A model generated the notes under the pieces. It was given only the letters and a program-made list of their open reading frames with translations. It had not been told where the DNA came from and did no database searches. A DNA stretch of 64,000 bases. It comes from Tubulanus polymorphus (taxonomy: Eukaryota; Animalia; Nemertea). Positions 38,801-50,702 of this stretch are shown piece after piece; positions within the stretch are counted from its first letter, which is position 1, and each line of letters begins with the position of its first letter. The position numbers and the translations under genes were made by a program. The stretch is taken from positions 21,820,345 to 21,884,344 of the forward strand of contig NC_134028.1 of assembly GCF_964204645.1 (NCBI RefSeq), in the 5' to 3' direction.

Positions 38801-39891
38801 TTCTCTGTCAGCTGGGATTCAAACCTCATCAAATCAACACTACTTAACACAGTACAGATCCAATGGTCTTGCCACATTTTTGAGGGCATTCTGGTTGTCA
38901 GTGCCATTTAGATAACCCTTTACTCAATTTTCAACGAAAGGGTGTCTACTGGATTGTTGAGGGTCTCATCAACATCTGGTAATACCCCCCGGGATTTACC
39001 CTAATTATCTCAGATTCTACATCTGTGAAGTGTTGTCATACACCACACAACCGGATAGATGCAATGAAAGGGTTAATGAAAGTTTAATAATAACTATTAT
39101 TGATACTTTTAGCCATTCATCGTGTGTATAATTGTTCCTAATGAACACTATCTGGAGGATTGGGCGAAAAAACAAGGAATAGAAGGAAATCTAGCTTCAT
39201 TATGCGAATGTGCGGTAAGCGTCAGAAGAATCGAATGCCTGCGTATTCTTGTTCAAGTTGGTAGACCGAGATCCACTTACATCGTATGAACGCTAATCAT
39301 GATTATTCATCGCTTTTTCCAGAAAGTGAAAGAAGCCGTTCTTAAAGACATCACTGATCTCGGAAAGAAATCTGGATTAAAGAGTTTCGAGCAGGTAAAT
39401 GTGTATTTCTCTGACCGCATAGTACTGTAGTACCACAAGGAAAATGTGTTAGAAGATTAGATTTTTCTTTCTTTGTTGGTTTTAATGAATAAATCTCTTG
39501 AGTCCTCACATGGCCCATACCCCTGAACTCCCAAAACTCACAACACAGAAATGGTTGTCGAAAAGAAATGTAGAAATCAGTCGTCGTTCAAGCCGAGTTG
39601 TAGTTTTCACACATGCCACGGATTTGAACCTGATGGCATCACGAGACTCGTCATGGCACAAAACCCGTGATTATCCCCAGTGTGTAGGTACGTGTGCAAA
39701 ATGACCTCTGCGAAACTATGGAACTGAAGTTTTTATGTATTTATTTGTAACAGGTGCGAGCATTACATCTCTGCGCGGAGCCATTCAGCGTCGAAAACGG
39801 TTTAATGACTCCGACGATGAAATCAAAACGTCCGGCGCTTCGGAAACATTTCCACGATCAAATCGAACGACTATACACGACATCGGCGTAA
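29830..39891 (+). CDS. ACSL: Long-chain-fatty-acid--CoA ligase (ACSL1/5/6-like) with a three-way mutually exclusive exon
   Basis: Exons 29830-29991, 30300-30405, 31441-31610, 32043-32142, 32546-32718, 32983-33015, 33142-33193, 33640-33713, 33955-34032, 34132-34266, 34544-34626, 35043-35193, one of [35586-35658 | 36756-36828 | 36893-36965], 37641-37846, 38223-38276, 38698-38787, 39113-39214, 39323-39394, 39754-39891; phases are continuous. Motifs: [13 protein letters not shown] (P-loop), [10 protein letters not shown] (gate), [62 protein letters not shown]. Confidence 0.95.
30537..31024. mobile_element. Tc1/mariner-type MITE (CAGTAGACTC/GAGTCTACTG TIRs)
   Basis: 10-bp perfect TIR with a TA flank on the right. 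Confidence 0.6.
31123..31297. mobile_element. Palindromic pair of Penelope-like pLTR fragments, each with a minimal hammerhead-like core
   Basis: Arms are reverse complements. The plus arm reads CTGATGA-A-GCTAC(9 nt)GTAGC-GAAA-GCTCATGC-GTC-AAATAAAC (31217-31266). Confidence 0.65.
32168..32454 (-). mobile_element. piggyBac-type MITE, copy 4 (inverted)
   Basis: TTAA TSD; reverse complement of the 9448 subtype. Confidence 0.85.
35586..35658 (+). CDS. ACSL: ACSL mutually exclusive exon A: [24 protein letters not shown](G)
   Basis: AAG|GTT...TGG|GTGAGT, 73 nt, phase 0 to 1; purine-rich, weak acceptor. Confidence 0.85.
36371..36614. mobile_element. Tc1/mariner-type MITE between ACSL exons A and B
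   Basis: TA|CGGTACAGCTTAGAATTA...TAATTCTAAGCTGTACCG|TA; 18-bp perfect TIR and TA TSD. Confidence 0.8.
36756..36828 (+). CDS. ACSL: ACSL mutually exclusive exon B: [24 protein letters not shown](G)
   Basis: CAG|GTG...GCG|GTAAGT, 73 nt, phase 0 to 1. Confidence 0.88.
36893..36965 (+). CDS. ACSL: ACSL mutually exclusive exon C: [24 protein letters not shown](G)
   Basis: CAG|GTT...CGG|GTGAGT, 73 nt, phase 0 to 1. Confidence 0.88.
37908..38125 (+). mobile_element. tRNA-derived SINE
   Basis: A-box TAGCTCAGTTGG, B-box GTTCGAAACC, non-tRNA body ending GGGACGTAAAAC; does not fold as a proper cloverleaf. Confidence 0.6.
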
Positions 39892-40043
39892 ACGGAAACA
39901 ACTCGACTAGTTATAGATAATCATAGCAGCAAACTGTACATACCACGAATAGCCGCGTATAATCTAAAGCCCGACGCGCATGTGTTGAACTAGTCAAACC
40001 TACTTAATTCAGATCAGTTTCATACAGATTTTGATCTTATTTA

Positions 40044-40478
40044 GGCCATATGAAATAGATTACTTGACTCTCATCAGTGCCCGCCCCGAATTCAGCGGAT
40101 AGAGGTGTTGCTAGTCTTCATATATCATTAGAGTTTGTGGAATGTTCTATATAAAATATAAACCTCCCTCTTCGATGATTTTTTTCACAACTTCTGATGA
40201 GAATCAAGTAATTCATTTTATATGGCCTAAGGCTAAACTAAAATGATACCTTGTTTCTCCTAATCAGTTGGGTCACTTTTGTAAACCGGCGAAAGATTTG
40301 TAGTCAGTTCAGTTCTATAACTTTCTTCTAACTTTCTTTCTCTTTCTATAACCGCTGGCTCTGTTATGCTTAGCTTGATCATAATTTTACAAAAGTAACG
40401 TACTGGGTATGTAGGTGGCCGGCCGGGTCAACTTTAATAGAAATGAGAAACAATGTACATGTATCAATTTTTTCAGCC
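40044..40478. mobile_element. Two abutting Harbinger-like MITEs (40044-40227 and 40231-40478) in the ACSL 3' region
   Basis: TTA|GGCCATAT...ATATGGCC|TAA|GGCT...AGCC|TTA; the first has ~35-bp TIRs; they share a TWA target. Confidence 0.7.
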
Positions 40479-41145
40479 TTAGATATTTTCTAAAGTCCAT
40501 CTATACAAATGTTTGTACGTAAGATAATTTGATAATAAATCAATATTTCTGATAAACCTGATGAATTTCATTTAGTCCCAAACGATTCGAATTCAGCAGG
40601 TTCTACAGTATTGGTTTTTGTCAAAACAAAAATACGAAACAAACCGCTATTTTCAGCGAATGAGTGTCATCTGGACTGACGGTTGATTCCTTTCCTGAAA
40701 ACGAAACACTCGCCGTGTGCGTTAGGCTTTACGATTCGCGGTTAAAAAACATAGAAACGATGTTTGAATGATTTGAAAAACGTGATGTCGATCAAATAAA
40801 CTATAATCTGCTGTTGATTCATCAGAGATGATCGCGCGATCTCGATGGTCGTTATCGTAATCTTGAATGTCGCCATGTTGCGTATTGTTGTGTAAGTTCC
40901 ATGTCCGTAAAACGAATCATGGGCCGGCACGGTCTAGGTGTTCATTCGCGAGGCTGAATTACTAAATGTCGCTGGCCAATTATTAATCACACTGTAAAAT
41001 GCTTTGAATTAGTGATTATCCACTTGGTATGTATTCCGGCCATTACAAAAACTAAATCGAAATGTATGTGATTAGCTTGAAATAGATGTCTCAATGTTCG
41101 CTACTATTGAATGTTACTATGTACCTATAATATGTCCATGTCCAG

Positions 41146-41424
41146 GGGCCGGTTGCACAGTCACGGCTTAGACTTAAGATCAGTCTAAGACCAACTTAGT
41201 TTTATCACCAATCTAACAACTTAAGACCAGTCTTAAGATTTAAGACCACTTTTGGACTTAGGTCACAACTGTGCAACTGGCTCCAGGGGCCAGTTGCACA
41301 GTCGTGACATAAGTCCAAAAGTGGTCTTAAATCTTAAGACCAATCTTAAGTTGTTAGATTAGCTATAGAACTAAGTTGGTCTTAGACTGGTCTTAAGTCG
41401 AAGCCTTGACTATGCAACCGACCC
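41146..41424. mobile_element. Two inverted, abutting 138-bp Harbinger-like MITEs with CAG target duplications
   Basis: CAG|GGGCCGGTTGCACAGT...ACTGTGCAACTGGCTC|CAG|GGGCCAGTTGCACAGT...TGCAACCGACCC|CAG; relatives near 5354-5562, 11580-11708 and 35300-35460. Confidence 0.8.
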
Positions 41425-43639
41425 CAGGTGTTTAACTACTACCGTAGTCTCTGAGCTTGAAATATTAACTGTCATGTGATAACTTTTATAGACAGGCGCT
41501 AACTTTATTCACTGCAGGTTTTAAACTACTTTTGACTTGAAACCGATGAGGTTTATCTGGTCAGAGGGGCTCGTTGTGATTCGACCAAGGGTTGAGGTAA
41601 TGATAAACTCATATTGGGTTAAAGTTAGTGCCTGTGATATAGAACCACGGATCTTGCTTTCTGTTATTTGCATTGAAAATTGTTCAGTTTTGTAGACATG
41701 GCGTTCGTTTTCTTCAGAGAATCGTCAATTGATCTCTCGTGGGGGAGGGAGTATTTAACATTTAGAAAATACGATTATCAATTTAAACAACTTTTTGCAA
41801 TTTATACAATTTAAACAGGAATTTGCCAAATAGGAATCAGTCACTTATTACATACGCATAAAATCTTGATTTTTTTAAGCCCCTATCCCCTTGAACGCAA
41901 ACATTTTTCAGTAACTCGCCCTTGCATATACGTACAAAATTTCAGGTGACACATATTAGTGACATAAAATAGACTCATTTGGATCCTGGCCTCTTATGGC
42001 AGATATCCCAGCACCTATATGTCCTATTTTTCAATAGGAATCCTATAATTCTTCTGTATTTGTGAAAAAATTTCCTATACGTATTTTTTTTTTCACCAAA
42101 AGATTTGCCCACTCGCATTTTTATGCGTCATGAATGGTGGTTTACTTACTTTTGTATGTGACATGAACTGATGATTGTCGCTGAAAATGATCGCTGGCAA
42201 AAAAGAATGGTCTGCTGTCGTCAAGTTGGATCTTGTCTATGGTTGACAAATTTTGGATTGAGATTTTTGTAGAAATGATATTCGGTCAATTTCCCCTACC
42301 ACATGCAATGAAATTGTTAGTTGTCTTCCTATTGATTGTCGTAGAACGTAGTCAAGAATTCCTATAAATATCCCATATTTTATTGAAAAAGCTCCTATTT
42401 TTCCTAAATATGTTTATGAAAAAAAATAGCTGGTATGTCCGACTATGGTAGATTTTTGTGCGCTGTTTCTAATCATCGATTATGTTTTTGTTTGATCGTG
42501 TTTTTGAGAGATTGCTCATCTGAAATATAGAATGACATTTTCTGCCAGTAGAACATAAAGTATATATTTATAGGTGCAGGTACCTTTTTATCATTTTCTC
42601 ATTTAGATAATATTTTCTTATTATCGGTTGCTTAGAGAAGCAGCGAGTTGAAGCCATTTACTTAAATATTCCTGTATAAAATGCTGCTGCGCTTCTTCGT
42701 GATTTTGGTGCTCAAATCATTCGGGTATCATTTTTCTGCGATCCTCCTAAACAGACATTTAGATGTAGATTGAAGTTCCGATACGATCACTTTTTGTATG
42801 TGCGTATCAAATGTTTACGTGTATTACAGCTGAACAATGATTTCCAGCATGTTGCAGCTAAGATATTTATATCAATCAAGCTTCGAATAATTTTGAAACC
42901 CGTTTGATACAACAATTTCACTTTTGCCAACAGGATTCGTATTAACAAGGTTTCATTTTTGTTTGTTTGTTTTCAATCATTCGAAGATGTCTGAGGTGAA
43001 GTCCTGGGCAACTAGATGTCGGAGGGGATGGATCCCGGCGGCAGAATGATACCTGCATTACGTTAATGGAACTTTTTCCTTATCGAAGGTGTCTGAAACC
43101 CTACTTAAGTCTGGAACTTATATAATATGAATATGGTTGTAATATGAACGATATATATTTCTATGGTTGCTGTATTTGTTGTGCTAGAAATTGCTTCATT
43201 TTAGTATAAACTATACCGAATAAAAAGTAAGCACGTAATTTATACTTAAAAACAAGTATCGTTTCAGTGTTTTTTGAGCAGCTGCTGTAGTCTCGGGGCC
43301 AGTTGCTCTTAAGTTGATCAGAGATTTTCAAACGATTACTCCCAAGGTCCGAGCATGGATGTACAGTAGAACAATTCTGATTACTAGGGACTGTCCAGAT
43401 TTCTTCGAATTAAAGTAAAATCGGAATTATGAATAATAGTGTTCATGGTTCGAGGTTAATTGGACCAAATATTTCTTCGGAATTAAGTGAAAATCTGGAT
43501 TAAAAAATCCACATTGAGTTTTACTGTTTTAACTAGTTTGACATACATCGTTAACTGATAATTATAACTATTGAGCAACCGCTGTCTGGGCAACGTTATG
43601 GCCAATGATGCCAGAAACAAATCGAACGTGCAAGATCAG

Positions 43640-43735
43640 ATATCTATAGAAACTCTTTTCATCAAAACTGCGATCGACTGGAACAACCTCAGCGACACCA
43701 CTGTGGCAACACAATCTGCTGAAGATAATTGCAAG
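43640..43735 (+). mobile_element. Degenerate 3' end of a CR1/L2-like LINE ORF2
   Basis: Translates to LFIKTAIDWNNLSDTTVATQS, resembling the FFxxTxxxWNxLP motif at LINE ORF2 C-termini. Confidence 0.4.
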
Positions 43736-44707
43736 AAGTGGTCACTGTCTACGTACCTCAATAGACCTTTTTTTACATACACTTTCCACTTTTTGGTGGC
43801 AGGCTAACAGAATAAAATATAAATGTATTCGGTCTTCCCTGACAGAAAGAAGTTGACACAAGTAGATTGCGGTATATTTGTTACTTAAGACGATTTATTT
43901 ATTTTACACATATTCAATTTACAATGTTTTCGAATAATAAGAACAGAAATTCCACATGTACAACCACGCTCGGGTACAAAGTTACAAATATCGAAACTCC
44001 TTCATGCGGTCAATGAGCTTGAAGCTCCGATGCGCTTGCATCCACCATGGACCGATAAATCGTCAAACTAAACCACTGAGACTATTTACAACAGAGTAAA
44101 AAGAGGAGTCTACTGTAATGTAGCTGAAAAGTTGATTTAAGTTAAAACAGGCATATGTGGTATTTGTTCAGGATCCCTATTGATCAGTTACTCTTGGATA
44201 TAAGGAGTTTTCAGAAGAAAATTTCGTGGAAGTGTCCGCATCACTTTCATATCCCAATTACAATAGACTCCTACTGTTTATCTCGGTAAACTATAAATTC
44301 AGTAGTTTTATATGCAAATTCTTATCCTTTACACTACCTAAACTTGGATTCTAATAAATTTGGTAAAAAATCCAGGTCCCAGAATAAATATAGGCATTGT
44401 TCACTGTTGTTTCCCTACTTCTCAAAATTGAAGGAGTTTTAAAAGAGTTTTTCATTCAAGTTAAAGGAGTTTCAAGCCCCTTATAAACATTTTCTGTTCA
44501 GAAGAGGATTTCAAGGAGTCGTAGGGACTGTGTTTTAATTCAAGTAATGTTCTCGGTGACCGAGTCCTGTATTTAATACATGCGGTCGCAGTTCATGCGC
44601 CGTACATTAAAAAACAAGTCAAATGAAAATGATCGATGGCTTAAAAACGAAATGACTAAAATGCTTTTCTTCGGTCTCCGTTTCTGCATTCAACGCTTTA
44701 ATATTCG

Positions 44708-47700
44708 TCAACGCGAGGACGACGACGAACTCGAGCTCGATCGACTGTAGCGCCGTCTTCTGGCTGGAGAACGCGATCCTGATCGCTGTCGACGGGGACT
44801 ACGACTTCTTCTACGAGGAGGCGACCTAAACAACGAAATATGATTTCCATTTCATTCACTATGCAACTACTGCAAATGTGATAACGTCATCGCAGCCTAC
44901 TTGATCAAATATTGCAAAAGCAGACTCTACTTCAACCAGATTTTCATCTTATTTTTGTTTACGCCCCAGTATTTCTTGTATCAAATGTAATATGTATGGA
45001 TCCGATAAACCGGTCATTGTTTTATAGAGAATCCCACACTAATATAACGAAAGATGAAGTCCGAAAAGTTTTTGCTTCAGCTATAAATTTATTTATCCGA
45101 TGTTTCGACTATATCCTAATAGTCATCTTCAGGAATAGTCATCTTCATTCCTGAAGATGACTATTTAGATGATTTAGTCGAAACGTGGGATAAATGAATT
45201 TATAGCTGAAAGAAGAACTTTTCAGATTTTATCTTCCGCTTTGTTAGTGTGGGATTCTCTTAAACCCTTTCAGTGCGTCTACACCACAGTGCGGTGTACG
45301 AATCAGTGATGGATTTTGCTAGTACACCGCACTGCGGTGTATTGATATAATTAGTAATTACTAATTATCTCTCTTGAAAGATGGCAGCACCTGTCAAACA
45401 TAGTGAAATATTAGTCACTAACGATACACCGCGCCGCGGTGTAGACGCACTAGTGCTATTCCCGTTATTCAACACACTAGGGTGGAATTTTTCAGAATTT
45501 TCAAATTATCTTCAGCACTATAGGGTATTAATTAGCCACCACTGAAAGGGTTAATAAGGTCACAACACAGAATAGTGTTTCATCAACTGGTAAATCAGTT
45601 GTTTCATTTCAGCAGACAGTATTTTCACGATTCAACTAGTCTTACCTTCGTCGTGGGCCGCCTCTGTCGCCACCGGGTCCACCGCCAAACCGCGGCGGCG
45701 AGTTGCGCCCCCATCTCGGAGGCGGGCCACGTCTCATCGGAGACCGGCGCGGGGGTGGTCTAGGCGATGGTCGGCGAACCAATACGGCGGCAGCTGTCAC
45801 TTCCTGACCATCTATCTGACCTGAAATCAATTGATTGAAAGTTTTAGCTTACCAGTTAGCAATCCAGAGGGTCTTACGAGACTTTCTAACCGGGTGGCCA
45901 CTTTCCGCCTATGAAAGTTTTCCCTGATTTTTTCTGTTTTTTTCCCATGTGATTGCGCGCGAAATTCCCGGAGCGAATCAGGGACATTTACTGCGTTTAA
46001 ACAGTTACAATTCATTCGTTTTTGAACATTGAATCACGTATAGATAAAACAAACAGGCGGTTCATAGCATTATCCGAATAACCCGAGTTTTCGAATGTTT
46101 TTTGGGTAAAATTTGTCTAATTCCCTGATTTTTTGATCTCCTGAGTTTCCCAAGTTTTCCAGGTCAGTGGCCACCTTGTCTTAGAGCCTCACATTGAGCG
46201 CCCTGCCCCAGTACACTGACAGCAGTACATCGTACATACCTCCGTCCATATATTTGATAGCTTTCGTAGCGTCTTCAGGTTTACCGTATTCGATATAAGC
46301 GAAACCTTTGCTGATTTCGTTGTGAATTCGATCCATCGGGAACTCGATCGATTTAATCACTCCATAAACGGAGAATATCTCCTGTAAATGATCTTTGTTG
46401 ACGTTACGCGTCAGACGTCCGACGTGGACTTTACACGGTTTTGGTGGAGTCGGCGCTCTCTTCCGTCGTGGACTTCTACAGTTACAAACACAATTAAACA
46501 ATGAAATTGTCCCAGTTGTAAGTGTGCCGATAAAATGTCTAATGTCCGGGGTGTTTGTAGTTCATTTTCATTTCAAAAATATCTCAGGTAAAATACTGAA
46601 CACATTTGAAGGGTGGACGATCAGTTTTTGAAAGATTGCTAATGTCTTATGTTTGTAGTTTTTCATTTTCAAGGAAATATCCCAAGTTCTGAACACATGT
46701 GAAGTGTGGACGATCAAAATAAGAATGATCAAGAGGCGTTTTTAACAAAACTGAATCTTTGTAAAAATCGTTTCAAGTTTCACGTTTACGGCGCGTGGTT
46801 AAGTGAATCCGATTTAGTAAATCAACTCGTTAATGGACAAGGTTTATTAATTGTGATTTATTAAATCGCCACTAACTTGCTCACCGAGCAAGTTAGTCAG
46901 CTAAATCCAACATGGCATTCTCTTCGAACGCGGGCCTAAGACATTATCGCAGACCATCATCTGTCAATAATTCAGTCACCATTGACGCCCATTTTCTTTT
47001 GAATCACGACCTTTATGATTCGACTCGTTTACGTTGGTTTTCCGTACCCATTTCCAACATCGAATCGAATTTAGCTAAATCAATCGGATTCAATTTCGTA
47101 AAAGCGCTTCAGATAAACAGCAATGAATTGAATGCAACAGGTGCAGAGTTCAGGCTGCACGTGAATCACCATTTTGAATATAATTACCTGGATTTCTTTC
47201 TCGGAGATCCGCGTCCTCTACTTCTAGAAGACGATGAACTACTACCCGAACTACTCCCCGAACTACCACTGCTAGAACTACTACTGGACGAGCTGTACGA
47301 TCCGGAACGAGCTCGGGATCTCGACGTCGATGAGCTACTGCTGCCCGACGAGCTGCTACTCGACGCGCGTTTCTTTCGATCTCGTCCCGCACGTTCGGCT
47401 CTCTTCGGACGCTCGCGACTACGACTGGTGCTTCGAGCCCTAAACGCGATTAACAAGACAACATGGATTAAAGATCAAATCTATTCACACACGCCCCGAA
47501 CATCTTGTACTAAAAATTATCTATAACAATTTGGGTTTCCATAGACAATTTACAGTCAATATTTGAATTGAAGAATCCACGGTTACTGAGAAAAAAACGA
47601 AAAGTGTGGTTTACCTTGAAAGCTAGAGGTTGTTTGGAACAAGGGCATTGCTTGAAAAATCTTTTTAATTCGCGACTTCAAAGTTCCACAAGTTTATTTT

Positions 47701-48906
47701 GTATTTTATCTTTCTTAAAGAATTATTTTGTAGTCAAAAAAGACCAAAGATATACATTTGGTTAAAGTCCACGTCCAAAATTTTGTAGGGTACAGGTAGG
47801 CGCGGCAGGGAAACAATTTTATATTTTCAAAAAAAAAATGTTTCACAATATGAAAAAAAATATTCAAATAAGGCCATCCCAAAATAATTGTCTGTTTGCC
47901 GTAACACCGACTCAACTTTTCAGGATGAGTCGGTAGGTAAGAAAATTTTTTTTTTGCTAAATTTTTGGGAAAAAAAAAATTTATCACCTTTTTACATGGA
48001 AACAATATCGCAAATATCATCTACGTTGTGCACGGGAAATTTGTCTAATAGCGTAGATTTCGAGAATTATTCTAAAATTATAACTTCGTCCAGAGCGTCA
48101 TCTCCGTGTTAAAAATGAAACAGTATATTGAATATATGCGCGCTTTTTAAATCCTGGAATTTACCACTACAATATTCAGACCTCGACAGACCTTATAGTT
48201 TGCTGCTTAGTATTTTCAGGTGACAAGAAATTACAATTTATTACAAATTCTATCGAACAGAAAACACAGCGCTCATCTTCTGCTACGATTATTCATCTTC
48301 ACCCGTCAAGGGATTCGAACCCACTACGCTAAAGCTGTTCCCCGAACCCCTTGACCTCACGAGTCGTTGGAGTCGTTACTAGCCGACCAGAATCCGGTCG
48401 TACCAATCACAGCGCTTGTAACAAACTGTCAGTAGACTTCTGTTGGTTTTCCCGTTAAATCAACCAATCAGCGAACGTTTTACCGAACAAGGAAGTATTT
48501 CGCAAATCGATATATGACGTCACGCGCAACAGCGCCAGTAATGAAATCACGCTTCGTGAGGCCAGGGGGCTGGTGGAAGCGAGTTCGGGAGTGATACCGG
48601 ACCCCTGGCAAGCGAGGATGTGATTATTCAGCCTATTTTCATGTCAAAAGGCGCACGCGTTACAGCATCACCTTGAGTAGTGTACTGTACGAGCTTGCGT
48701 GTGTATGTGGTGTAGCACTCCGCGCGCATGTGGAGGCTTCGTGTAAGTGAATATTCGCTTACACCTCGATGTCAATCATTCAAAACAATCAGCGGGTATT
48801 AAAATGAAACAATACCTATGGCAGATGAGTGAAATAATTACATCCTCACCAGCAATGAGCATTTGAAATACGTATACGCCACCTAGTTGAATGAAACGTA
48901 CGCCAT
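44708..48906 (-). CDS. RNPS1: RNA-binding protein with serine-rich domain 1 (ASAP/PSAP, EJC-associated)
   Basis: Exons 48902-48906 (ATG GC), 47188-47439 (Ser-rich tract), 46240-46475 (RRM KVHVGRLTRNVNKDHLQEIFSVYG...KGFAYIEY...AIKYMDGG), 45646-45820 (GQIDGQEVTA, R/P-rich), 44708-44825 (RS tail, TGA); phases are continuous. The first exon is the least certain. Confidence 0.93.
45028..45259. mobile_element. Palindromic Penelope-like pLTR remnant with hammerhead-like cores
   Basis: GAATCCCACACTAA...TTAGTGTGGGATTC arms; both strands read CTGAAGA-T-GACTA(loop)TAGTC-GAAAC. Confidence 0.6.
45265..45550 (+). mobile_element. piggyBac-type MITE, copy 5
   Basis: CCCTTTCAGTGC...ACTGAAAGGG|TTAA; same family as 6910-7197. 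Confidence 0.85.
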
Positions 48907-49863
48907 TCTATTGCTTTCCAATAATTATTTTAGTAGCGCCGGAATTCCCCGTATATCCCAAAAACAGCCAATCCCATTCGCTCGTAGAGACAACGCCCCC
49001 CAATCGAGGTCATTGCAATTTTATACGCGAGAGTTGAGAATTTTCACGCCAAAAACAGTTTTTCGTAGAATTTTAACTCAGTTGACCATGTCATCGACAG
49101 AGGTTCGCCATGTCTTCAATCGCATCGATTATACGTCGTCGTTTAAGCCAAGAACCAATGAAACGAATGCTCACATAAAAAAACGTACCGCGATTTTAGG
49201 CTACATGAATTGGCTCAATGCCAACATCATATCGCTGACAAAGGTAAACCAAAATCGAAAAGTAGATTTTGATGGAAAATATACGTTGTTTGAGGAACAA
49301 GTTTGTGACCGGATCCAGCTAAATAATCACTTCCTAAAATAAACCAGTGTACTGAATTGCTGATGACATGTTTGGGTCTGAATCAGTGATATTTAATGTA
49401 ATTGATTGAACCATTTACAAGAGGTGCGGATCTGCACTTTTAACAATGAGGCACTCCGAATGAATAAATAAACTACTTGTCAAAAAGCCGGGATTGAAAA
49501 ACGTAATTCAGTCAAGCTATTCTAGCTACATGTCATGCTGCACCAACCAAACAAGGAATTTGCATGTGATTTCAAACATCGCTTATTGACTCATTTAATG
49601 GTTTTTAATGGACAGATGTAAAGATGGGAACGATAAGGAGAAGATTAAAGCCGATTCTGCTTACATTTTCCAGATCGGTGTCTATCTATCTCGGGCGTAT
49701 ATAAACAATGGCGTAAAGTGTAGCATGTCACTGGTATGATCCCGATCTAGACAAATTCAATTCAATTTGAAAATATTGCATTCCTACGGCGGTTCCGGCA
49801 GGGCGACCCTGAGGCGAGTCAATGAAAATGTAGAAGACCCAGCGAAGTCTTGACGATCAGTTT

Positions 49864-50702
49864 CAGGGGCGGATCCATGGGGATGGGTAGACAGTATTGG
49901 AAGGAAATTTATGAGCACCTTTCTGATCTTAGGGCACACCCAGTATCCAGGTCAATCGAGCGCCGAAGGCGCGGGCCTTAGAGGGGGTCTGGGGGCCCAC
50001 CCCCAGAAAATTTTGAAAATATGGTACCATTTAAAGGCTTTTAGAGGGCTTCTAGAGGCTAGCAGAGCAATCCAGAATAAACGAATTCGAGAAAAGATTT
50101 CAACAGGTGCGGATAAAAAATGAAGCTGGCGAACCCATGAAAGAATGGTTGTCGCCAACTTCGCCTAGTGCCCCTATAATCTTTAAAAGTGCCCCTTAAC
50201 AATTATACAGAATACGGCTAAGTGCCCTTTCATTGTTAACAATCGGCAAAAATTGCCTCGTCTTCACATTTATCCTTATGTCTTGTGCCATCTTCCAAAC
50301 CAAAAGTGCCCCTAAAATTTTAAAAATTAGGCAAAAAAGTGCCATTTTCTTCAACATTTTCGGCGTATAGTGCCCTCTTCTAAAGTACGAGTGCCCCTTT
50401 AGCCCTCCCTGAAAAGGCAAGGACAAGGTGCCCTCATCTAAAGCATGAGTGCCCCTTGCAAAAGGAAAGTGCCCTTTTTAATTTATCATGATTAAAGGCT
50501 TTACAAATATGATTATCTCTCCTCACTTTCTCGGCAGCAGTATATACCGATTAATTTTATAATTATGCCCGCATTACGGACACGGAATTAGCGGTTGCTG
50601 AAATAATGCCGTCAAAAATATTGCCGGTGAAATTTCGAAGGGCACTTAAAAATTCTAGACCGTATTGGGCAATACGGCTAATACGGTCTGGATCCGCCCC
50701 TG
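49864..50702. mobile_element. Non-autonomous DNA element with CAGGGGCGGATCCA TIRs and internal AGTGCCC repeats
   Basis: 14-bp perfect TIR, AGTTT direct repeat on both flanks, many AGTGCCC motifs inside. Confidence 0.75.

Noticed and set aside
40194-40205. CTGATGAG hammerhead-like start
   Set aside because: No downstream stem II-GAAA; it is part of a MITE TIR.
46912-47526. 204-aa Leu-rich plus-strand ORF
   Set aside because: Antisense of the RNPS1 Ser-rich exon (AGT/AGC codons read as Leu on the other strand).
48887-49342. 151-aa plus-strand ORF over the RNPS1 5' region
   Set aside because: Non-ATG start, no recognisable domain and no downstream exons identified.
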